A stretch of 12,144 bases of DNA from Bacteroidia bacterium (GTDB lineage: Bacteria > Bacteroidota > Bacteroidia > Bacteroidales > VadinHA17). The notes beneath the pieces are model-generated. The model ran no database searches, was not told the DNA's origin, and worked only from the letters and a program-made list of their open reading frames with translations. A program made the translations under genes and the position numbers. Positions 1 through 7,013 of this stretch are shown piece by piece (the stretch's first letter is position 1; every line of letters starts with the position of its first letter). The stretch spans positions 1 to 12,144 of the forward strand of contig JAPLDX010000104.1 in assembly GCA_026391215.1 (NCBI GenBank), written 5' to 3'.

Positions 1-44
1 AGTATTTTTAAATTTAAGCTTCCTTTAAATATAAATCCTTCTGT

Positions 45-3000
45 ATGAGACTTATTAAGGCAGGAGTTCATCATTGTTTAGTGATTGCATTCTTTTGTTT
101 TGCAGGAATTGTTCATTTGCAGGCACAGCCGAAATATACAAGATTTGGTCACATCACCGTTAATGATGGTTTATCGAGTAACCGTGTACGGTGTATATAC
201 AGAGATACTAAAGATTATCTTTGGATTGGCACCGACGTAGGCCTTGATAAATACGATAGCTATCAGATTAAAAAATACCGATATGGTGAAAAACAGCCTG
301 GCACAATCAGTAGTGATATAATAAACTGTATTTATGAGGACCGGGGGAAAAATCTATGGTTTGGTACTTTTAACGGTTTGAATTTGTATAATCCTGCTAA
401 AGATAATTTTACAGTATTTAAAAACAATCCTGCCGATAAAAATAGTCTAAACAGTAATTGTATTAACAGTATTATTGAAGATAAGGATGGAATAATTTGG
501 GTTGTAACTGATAGAAATTGTCTGAACAAGTGGATTCCCGAAACTCAGGAATTTATCCGATATAAATTTGACAGCGAGATGAGCGATTTAAACCCTCGTC
601 CTTCCCGAATGATAGCAAATGATTCAAAAGGAAACTTTTGGATAGTTTCACTGGGCAGGGGAATCCAAAGTTTTGATCCCGAATCCGGAAAATTTACAAA
701 ATATGACGACGCTTCTCTTGATTTCGGATATAAGTGCTATAAAAGCATGTATATTGATAATCAGGATAAAATTTGGATTGCAACAGATGGCAACGGATTT
801 TTTTCTTTTGATCCGGTAACCAGTAAATTCGAACAATTCGGATCAAAAGGTGACGGGAAAGGTACAAATCAAAATATCATTCTGGATATTCTTCCGGAAG
901 ACGACCATTATTTATTGCTGGCAGTCGATCAGGGAGGGATAAACCGTTTTGACAAAGTATCTAAAACATTTGAATATATATTGTATGATCAGACAAATGA
1001 TGAAGGACTTAATAACAACGGAATTTGGTGCTTGCATAGAGACAGGGAAGGAATTCTGTGGATAGGTACCTCAGGCGGAGGGATCAATTATTATAATTCT
1101 AAAGAAGAAAGATTTAAACTATTTACGAACAAAAGCAATGGTCCCAGATCATTGTCATACAATTTTACAGGTTGTTTTTTCGAAGATCATTTGGGTTTGA
1201 TTTGGATCGGTACTGATGGCGGAGGAGTTAATGTCTACGATCCTGAAACAGGTAATTTTATAAAATATAAGCACGAACCTTCCGATCCTTATAGCATAAG
1301 CGGGAATGTAATACGAGGTATTGCCGAAGATAAGGATCATGATATTTGGATTGGAACCTGGGGTGCAGGGCTTAACCGGTATGATAGGAAAACAGGAAGG
1401 TTTTTTCGATATATGACTGATAATAATGATCCTTCAAGTATATCAAATAACACAATCTGGAATCTTATTATAGATCATAACAATACCCTATGGTTAAGTT
1501 TATATGACGTCGGTATTGATTTGTTTGAAATTGGAAAGGGAGTCACCAGACGATTCAGGCCTGACCCGGATAATCCTGGCTCGCTTAGTGGAAATAATAG
1601 CTGGTTCTTTCTTGAAGACCTTAATAAAAAGATGTGGATTTGTACACAGAATGGGCTCGATCTTTTTGACAGTATAACGAATTCATTTAAGGTATATCAT
1701 TTTCCTGATAATGATATCGGAGCAGTTTATATAGATAAGGGGGGATATCTTTGGGTAGGAAGCAATACAAAAGGATTATTTATGTGTCATCAGAATGGCA
1801 CTATACTTAAAACGTATGATATAACTAATGTTTTGCCAAACAATAGAATTCATGCAATCACTCAAGATAGTAAAGGAGGCATCTGGATTTCCAGCAACTA
1901 TGGCCTAAGCAGGTTAAATACAGACATTCAGCATATTAGGAATTATTCGAAAGCAGATGGTTTACAGGATGACCAGTTTTATCAGCAATCATTTCTTAAA
2001 ACGCGTAAAGGAGAAATGTACTTTGGCGGATATAATGGTTTTAACTCTTTTTATCCCGACAGCCTGAAAGATAATGACTTCATCCCACCCGTTTATATCA
2101 CTGATTTCCAGATATTCAATAAACCAGTAGTTTATGGATCACAAGAAGGTCAATTTCCGATATACGTCGGTGAAGCAAAAGAAATTACATTGACCTGGCG
2201 CCAGTCAGTCTTTTCATTTTCATTTGCCGCTATTAATTATACCCATCCAAAAAAAAATCAATATGCCTATATTATGGAAGGCTTTGAAAAGGAGTGGAAT
2301 TATACCGATGCCTCCAGGCGATATGTTACATATACTAATTTGGACCCCGGTGAATATACTTTTAGGGTAAAAGCTACAAACAATGATGAAATATGGAACG
2401 AAAAGGGTGTTTCATTAAGAATAATCATCTTACCACCGTGGTGGAGCACATGGTGGTTCAAACTAATTGTATTCTTTATAATGATCTTTATACTTGCTTC
2501 CATTTTTCTTTCACGTGTCCGACAATTGAAGAATCAAAAGATAATGCTGGAAAAATTAGTTGCAACAAAAACTGCAGAATTATATGACCTTAATGCCTCA
2601 AAAGATAAATTCTTCTCTATTATTGCACATGACCTTAAAAATCCTTTCAATGCCATTATCGGTTATAGCGAAATGCAGAAAGAAGAAATAAGATCAGGTA
2701 ATCCTGAAAAAATTGAGGAGTATGCCGGAATAATTAATGATTCTGCTATTCAGACGTTAAGGTTACTTGAAAATCTTTTAGAATGGGCAAATTCACAAAC
2801 CGGGAAAATATTGTTTAACCCAATATCAATTAAATTATGTGAACTTTTCGATGAAGAAAATAGTATCTTGAATGATATTGCAGCAAGTAAAAACATTGAA
2901 CTTAAAAGTTCAATCCCTGATAATTTAACGATCATAGCTGATAAAAATATGATCAAGACCATATTACGAAATCTGATATCAAATGCTATAAAGTTTACTC

Positions 3001-3290
3001 ATAAAAACGGTAAAGTGGAAGTAAAGGCCTTGATTGACAAAAAGCAGGTAGAAATATCAGTATCAGATAGCGGAATCGGGATGACAAAAGAAACCATGGC
3101 CAAACTTTTCAGAATAGATGCAAACCTTTCGACACGTGGTACTGAAAATGAAAGAGGAACAGGACTTGGGTTATTCTTATGCAAAGAATTTGTTGAAAAA
3201 CATGGTGGAAAGATATGGGTTGAAAGTGAATCAGGCAAAGGAAGTACTTTTAAATTTATACTTCCTCTCAATATAAATCCTACTGTGTGA
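45..3290 (+). CDS. Membrane sensor histidine kinase: signal peptide, two-component regulator beta-propeller repeats, Y_Y_Y domain, TM helix, HisKA, HATPase_c (no receiver or AraC domain)
   Basis: 1081-aa ORF. Hydrophobic N-terminus ending LQAQ. Many propeller repeats (GLSSNRVRCIYRDTKDYLWIGTDVGL, EDHLGLIWIGTDGGG, EDKDHDIWIGTWGAGL). Y_Y_Y-type YAYIMEGFEKEW...YTNLDPGEYTFRVKA. PPWWSTWWF followed by a TM helix. H-box FSIIAHDLKNPF (His codon 2628-2630), N-box RNLISNAIKF, G1 DSGIG, G2 GTGLGL. Ends GKGSTFKFILP then stop. Confidence 0.93.
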   Translation: MRLIKAGVHHCLVIAFFCFAGIVHLQAQPKYTRFGHITVNDGLSSNRVRCIYRDTKDYLWIGTDVGLDKYDSYQIKKYRYGEKQPGTISSDIINCIYEDRGKNLWFGTFNGLNLYNPAKDNFTVFKNNPADKNSLNSNCINSIIEDKDGIIWVVTDRNCLNKWIPETQEFIRYKFDSEMSDLNPRPSRMIANDSKGNFWIVSLGRGIQSFDPESGKFTKYDDASLDFGYKCYKSMYIDNQDKIWIATDGNGFFSFDPVTSKFEQFGSKGDGKGTNQNIILDILPEDDHYLLLAVDQGGINRFDKVSKTFEYILYDQTNDEGLNNNGIWCLHRDREGILWIGTSGGGINYYNSKEERFKLFTNKSNGPRSLSYNFTGCFFEDHLGLIWIGTDGGGVNVYDPETGNFIKYKHEPSDPYSISGNVIRGIAEDKDHDIWIGTWGAGLNRYDRKTGRFFRYMTDNNDPSSISNNTIWNLIIDHNNTLWLSLYDVGIDLFEIGKGVTRRFRPDPDNPGSLSGNNSWFFLEDLNKKMWICTQNGLDLFDSITNSFKVYHFPDNDIGAVYIDKGGYLWVGSNTKGLFMCHQNGTILKTYDITNVLPNNRIHAITQDSKGGIWISSNYGLSRLNTDIQHIRNYSKADGLQDDQFYQQSFLKTRKGEMYFGGYNGFNSFYPDSLKDNDFIPPVYITDFQIFNKPVVYGSQEGQFPIYVGEAKEITLTWRQSVFSFSFAAINYTHPKKNQYAYIMEGFEKEWNYTDASRRYVTYTNLDPGEYTFRVKATNNDEIWNEKGVSLRIIILPPWWSTWWFKLIVFFIMIFILASIFLSRVRQLKNQKIMLEKLVATKTAELYDLNASKDKFFSIIAHDLKNPFNAIIGYSEMQKEEIRSGNPEKIEEYAGIINDSAIQTLRLLENLLEWANSQTGKILFNPISIKLCELFDEENSILNDIAASKNIELKSSIPDNLTIIADKNMIKTILRNLISNAIKFTHKNGKVEVKALIDKKQVEISVSDSGIGMTKETMAKLFRIDANLSTRGTENERGTGLGLFLCKEFVEKHGGKIWVESESGKGSTFKFILPLNINPTV

Positions 3291-3293
3291 AAC

Positions 3294-4340
3294 TTATTCA
3301 GGAAGCTGCTTATAATCATCATTGTTACTAAAAACGAATCTGATTCTCACCTTATCATTTATTGCCTTGCCGTTCTCAATTGCCGGCTTCCATGCCGCTC
3401 CCTCTCTGATCAATCTCAATGCTTCATCAGAGAATGAACTGTCGGGACTTTTGACTATCTTTATGCTGTCTAATATCCCGTTGCTCTGCACGATAAAACT
3501 TATTACAACAACAGCTTTTTCCCCTTCTTTAAGAATTCCGGGATTCCTGATATTTTCCCGGATATAATCTTCGAATTGAAGTTTTCCTTCGACAGGAACA
3601 GGAGGGGAATATCCAGCCCCCTCATTATCAGACTTTTGGGCAACGCCATATCCTACAACAACAACTTCCTCAAGCGTAGTATCGGGCCTGATTCCATTCA
3701 CGTTCAATTCTTTTGCATAAGCTATCATCTTTGATGGCGCTGCTGCTACCGGGGCAGCAATCTCATCTTCAGCAATCATTAATTCAACCTCTTCCATTGC
3801 AGGTTGAACCTGAATTACTGATTCCGCTGCATTCAAAGGCTCATACTTTTTCTCGGAAATTCCTTCTGCTCTTTCCAGTGAAATATCTTCCGGAGTTGAC
3901 TCAGTCTTTCTCTTTTCCGTGGTGGCTATCTCATCCCGGAGAGCTGTTTCTTCAGGTCCTTTAATCCCTTTTGATTCAGGTATTTCAATTGGAGCCTGTA
4001 CAGAAACAGTTTCGTCCGGCTCTCCGGCAGGTTTATTTTTATAGACAATAATAAAAACAGATGAGATTATCATAAGAACAGCTATTGAAGCCGCAATACG
4101 ATAATAGATAAATCTCTGTCTGTGGGAGGTCCTGATCTTCAACCTTTTTCCCAGGTCTCCCATATCAACGGCAGCTTCTTCTGGTGAAATTTCGGAAAGA
4201 CCCTCTGCAGCATCATCTCCAAAAGGATCCATCTGAAGTTTCCTTTCAAAAGCATTCCTCTCTGAACGCGTCATTTTTCCGTCTGCGTAGCGAAGCAGGT
4301 CAGAAAACTCAATTCTTTTATTTTTGTCTTTTCCTTTCAT
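3294..4340 (-). CDS. Putative anti-sigma factor fused to a TonB C-terminal domain (would usually be annotated 'energy transducer TonB')
   Basis: The ORF track gives 3294..4379, but ATG 4340 (MKGKDKNKRI) is preferred because it overlaps the sigma gene end by only 23 nt. N-terminal LLRYADGKMTRSERNAFERKLQMDPF resembles an anti-sigma domain. TM helix YRIAASIAVLMIISSVFIIVY. E/P/A-rich linker. LEEVVVVGYG motif. C-terminal TonB_C-like segment (PVEGKLQFEDYIRENIRNP...VVISFIVQSNGILDSIKIVKS...EALRLIREGAAWKPAIENGKAINDKVRIRF). Confidence 0.8.
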   Translation of the reverse strand: MKGKDKNKRIEFSDLLRYADGKMTRSERNAFERKLQMDPFGDDAAEGLSEISPEEAAVDMGDLGKRLKIRTSHRQRFIYYRIAASIAVLMIISSVFIIVYKNKPAGEPDETVSVQAPIEIPESKGIKGPEETALRDEIATTEKRKTESTPEDISLERAEGISEKKYEPLNAAESVIQVQPAMEEVELMIAEDEIAAPVAAAPSKMIAYAKELNVNGIRPDTTLEEVVVVGYGVAQKSDNEGAGYSPPVPVEGKLQFEDYIRENIRNPGILKEGEKAVVVISFIVQSNGILDSIKIVKSPDSSFSDEALRLIREGAAWKPAIENGKAINDKVRIRFVFSNNDDYKQLPE

Positions 4341-4920
4341 TTTTTTCTTCAAGACAAAGTTTAAGATTTCTTTTACCATTCTGAAGATGACTCTTCACTT
4401 TTTTTTCATCTATGCCGAGACTGGAGGCAATTTCATTATAACACCTGCTTTCGTAATAAAACTGCAGGATACAGTTCTTCTGCTCTCCCTTCAGTCTTTC
4501 AATGCAATCCGCAAGCGCTTCTTTCATATACGGTTCATCTTCATCAATAGGATGCGGTTCATAGCTGTTTTCCATAAAATTCCCGGGATCAATTACCCAT
4601 TCATGATGTTTTGATTCCCGGATCTTTTCTGACCTGAGCTGCATAAGGCAATAATTCTTTGTTACTACATGAAGCCAGCTTCTGAAGTTCTCAATATTCT
4701 GTTTGGGTATGGTTGTTATCAGCTTTTCAAAGATCTGCATTACCGCATCCTTCGATTCTTCCCTGTCTTTCAAATATTTAAGGCAAACTCCATATACCAG
4801 GTGCATGTATCCTGAATAGAGTTCTCCAAGAACCTCAATATCCCCTGATGATTTGAATTCTGCCAGCAGCTCCTCATCTGACTGATTCTTTAATATTTTT
4901 CCCGGAAACTTTAAAATCAT
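4318..4920 (-). CDS. ECF-family sigma-70 RNA polymerase sigma factor
   Basis: About 200 aa from ATG 4920 (the track extends to 4995, into the divergent promoter region). SDEELL N-terminus. Region 2 LGELYSGYMHLVYGVCLKYL...DAVMQIFEKL...FRSWLHVVTKNYCL. Region 4 HTH CYNEIASSLGIDEKKVKSHLQNGKRNLK. Confidence 0.93.
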   Translation of the reverse strand: MILKFPGKILKNQSDEELLAEFKSSGDIEVLGELYSGYMHLVYGVCLKYLKDREESKDAVMQIFEKLITTIPKQNIENFRSWLHVVTKNYCLMQLRSEKIRESKHHEWVIDPGNFMENSYEPHPIDEDEPYMKEALADCIERLKGEQKNCILQFYYESRCYNEIASSLGIDEKKVKSHLQNGKRNLKLCLEEKNERKRQK

Positions 4921-5030
4921 TATACAAAAGATCCTTAAAGATAACTCAAAATAAAAAAATCGCACTGTTTTATGGAATTTGAAATGTTCCTGCATCCTAT
5001 GGTAAAATGTTTAACCAAAAACTTTACATC
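4921..5030. promoter_or_regulatory. Divergent promoter region between the ECF sigma operon and the VWA gene
   Basis: 110-bp AT-rich gap between divergent starts. On the minus strand, TATCTTTA (4943-4936) is a one-mismatch match to the Bacteroidota -7 box TAnnTTTG. On the plus strand, TGGAATT (4973-4979) followed by GCATCCTA (4992-4999) is a candidate ECF-type promoter. Confidence 0.5.
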
Positions 5031-6866
5031 ATGAAAAACAGTCTAAGAATTTTTACAATAATGATCCTTGCCGCGATAATGATCTCTTTCACAGGATCAA
5101 GGATTATTACAGGAAAGGTCCTTGATGAGCAGGGAATTCCGATCGCCGGTGCCAGTGTATCAGTAAAAGGTGCAGCAACTGGAACTATCACGGATCTTAA
5201 AGGTAATTTCCAGATATTGGTAAGTCCGGAAGATAAAGTGCTTGTCTTTTCATTCATCGGTTATGCTACCATCGAACAGAAAATAGGAGACAGGAGCATA
5301 ATAAATATTACAATGAAACAGGAGGTCATGAAACTGCAGGAAGTTATGATCGTGACCGGATATGGAAATAAAATGGATATGGCATCAAAAGTGGCTCCGA
5401 TGGCAGTCGGAGCAGTCCGTGGATGGAGAGATTTTAATACTGAGGGATATGCTTCTGTGAATGAGAATGGTTATAAGAATGTGAAAAACAATCCATTATC
5501 TACATTTTCAATTGATGTGGATAATGCCTCATACTCGAACATCCGCAGGTTTATAAACAGCGGTCAGCTTCCTCCTGCAGATGCTGTCAGGATTGAAGAG
5601 ATGATCAACTATTTTAAATATGATTATCCCGAACCAAGGGGAGAACATCCGTTTTCAGTATCTGCTGAGCTGGCTATTTGCCCGTGGAATCAGAAACATC
5701 ATCTCCTGCAGGTTGGCCTGCGCGGAAAAAATATCGATAAATCATCGCTTCCACCATCAAACATGGTATTCCTTCTTGATGTTTCAGGTTCTATGAGTTC
5801 ACCAGACAAGCTCCCGCTTCTGAAATCAGCATTCGGACTCCTGGTCAACGAGCTACGTGCAGAAGATCATGTAGCAATTGTAGTCTATGCTGGTGCTGCA
5901 GGACTTGTTCTTGAATCGACTCCCGGAAACAAGAAAGAGGTAATAATGAGGGCAATAGATAATCTTGAGGCAGGTGGGACAACAGCCGGCGGCGCTGGTT
6001 TAAGGCTGGCTTACAGGGAAGCAGAAAAGAACTTCGTAAAGGGTGGCAATAACAGGATCATCCTTGCCACAGACGGTGATTTTAATGTTGGTGAATCAAG
6101 CAATGGCGGTATGGAAAGACTCGTGGAAGAACAGCGTGAGCTGGGTATTTTTATAACTGTTCTGGGTTTTGGTATGGGTAATATCAAGGATGACAAAATG
6201 GAGATAATTGCTGACAAGGGCAATGGCAACTATTCTTACATCGATAACCTTCAGGAGGCACGCAGGGTACTGGTACGCGAATTCGGAGGCACACTTTTTA
6301 CAATAGCGAAAGATGTGAAATTCCAGCTTGAATTCAATCCGGCTAAAGTTGATTCATACAGACTGATTGGTTATGAGAACAGGCTGCTCAATGATGAGGA
6401 TTTTAACGACGACACTAAAGATGCAGGCGAAATGGGATCAGGACATATGGTCACTGCTTTATATGAAATTGTAACTGCCGGATCAGATGAGAGAATCCCT
6501 TCGGTTGATACTCTGAAGTACCAGGCTTCCCGCAGTATGCAGGAAGAAGGTTATTCAGATGAGGTGCTTACAATTAAAGTGCGGTACAAGAAACCTGACG
6601 GAAAAACAAGCATGCTCCTTGATAAGCCCGTAAAAGACTATTGTAAAGAAATTGAAGATGCTTCAGAGAACCTGAGATTTGCAGCTGCAGTTGTTGAATT
6701 CGGAATGATCCTGAGAGAGTCTGAATTCAAGGGAACCTCTTCTCTTGAAAGCGCTGCAAAGCTTGCAACATCAGCAAGGGGAGAAGATGAAGAAGGATAT
6801 CGCGCGGAGATGATCAGATTAATCAGCACAGTAAAGGATATGAGATTACTAAGCGATAGTGAATAG
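5031..6866 (+). CDS. Exported YfbK-like von Willebrand factor type A protein with an N-terminal carboxypeptidase-regulatory-like (SusC NTE-type) domain and a C-terminal DUF3520-type domain
   Basis: Start is probably ATG 5031 (MKNSLRIF plus hydrophobic signal peptide; alternative start 5007). ITGKVLDEQGIPIAGASVSVKG...GTITDLKGNF...LVFSFIGY is the CarbopepD_reg-like domain. PLSTFSIDVDNASYSNIRR...AVRIEEMINYF is typical of YfbK. MIDAS motif DVSGS (5778-5792) and ATDGDFNVG. Also YRLIGYENRLL...FNDDTKDAGE and RFAAAVVEFGMILR. Confidence 0.92.
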   Translation: MKNSLRIFTIMILAAIMISFTGSRIITGKVLDEQGIPIAGASVSVKGAATGTITDLKGNFQILVSPEDKVLVFSFIGYATIEQKIGDRSIINITMKQEVMKLQEVMIVTGYGNKMDMASKVAPMAVGAVRGWRDFNTEGYASVNENGYKNVKNNPLSTFSIDVDNASYSNIRRFINSGQLPPADAVRIEEMINYFKYDYPEPRGEHPFSVSAELAICPWNQKHHLLQVGLRGKNIDKSSLPPSNMVFLLDVSGSMSSPDKLPLLKSAFGLLVNELRAEDHVAIVVYAGAAGLVLESTPGNKKEVIMRAIDNLEAGGTTAGGAGLRLAYREAEKNFVKGGNNRIILATDGDFNVGESSNGGMERLVEEQRELGIFITVLGFGMGNIKDDKMEIIADKGNGNYSYIDNLQEARRVLVREFGGTLFTIAKDVKFQLEFNPAKVDSYRLIGYENRLLNDEDFNDDTKDAGEMGSGHMVTALYEIVTAGSDERIPSVDTLKYQASRSMQEEGYSDEVLTIKVRYKKPDGKTSMLLDKPVKDYCKEIEDASENLRFAAAVVEFGMILRESEFKGTSSLESAAKLATSARGEDEEGYRAEMIRLISTVKDMRLLSDSE

Positions 6867-6895
6867 TCATTAGTTGAACATATAAAGGTATATTT

Positions 6896-6930
6896 GGGGG
6901 ATCTGGCCATAAGGAGTCAGATCCTTTTTT
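6896..6930 (+). terminator. Rho-independent terminator downstream of the VWA gene
   Basis: Stem GGATCTGGC (6899-6907) pairs with GTCAGATCC (6916-6924) with one G-U pair and an 8-nt loop, followed directly by TTTTTT (6925-6930). It lies about 30 nt after the stop at 6866. Confidence 0.85.
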
Positions 6931-6947
6931 ATTCTTGTTAATCAGGA

Positions 6948-6973
6948 TGTAACATTTGTGATTTTTCTCCGTC
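6948..6973 (+). promoter_or_regulatory. ECF sigma-type promoter upstream of the ABC permease
   Basis: TGTAAC (6948-6953), a 16-nt spacer, then CGTC (6970-6973). This fits the generic ECF -35 AAC / -10 CGT architecture (compare B. subtilis SigW TGAAAC-N16-CGTA). It sits just after the terminator and 40 nt before ATG 7014. Confidence 0.65.
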
Positions 6974-7013
6974 TTTTATTTGATATTGACATAAAAACCT
7001 AAAGCTCCCAACT

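Noticed and set aside
150-2050. Recurring TGGAT(T/A/C)GG-like words as a DNA repeat array or CRISPR
   Set aside because: They are the codons of WIGT motifs in protein beta-propeller repeats; there are no identical direct repeats with spacers.
2249-2257. A9 homopolymer in the kinase gene as a phase-variation site
   Set aside because: The frame is intact (PKKNQY) and such runs are expected in AT-rich, Lys-rich coding sequence; there is no evidence of variation.
4341-4379. Upstream start (4379) for the TonB_C protein
   Set aside because: It needs a 62-nt overlap with the sigma gene; ATG 4340, preceded by an A-rich tract, fits Bacteroidota initiation better.
4921-4995. 25-aa N-terminal extension of the sigma ORF (start 4995)
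   Set aside because: It would fill the divergent promoter gap and has no sigma-like character; ATG 4920 gives a typical ECF length.
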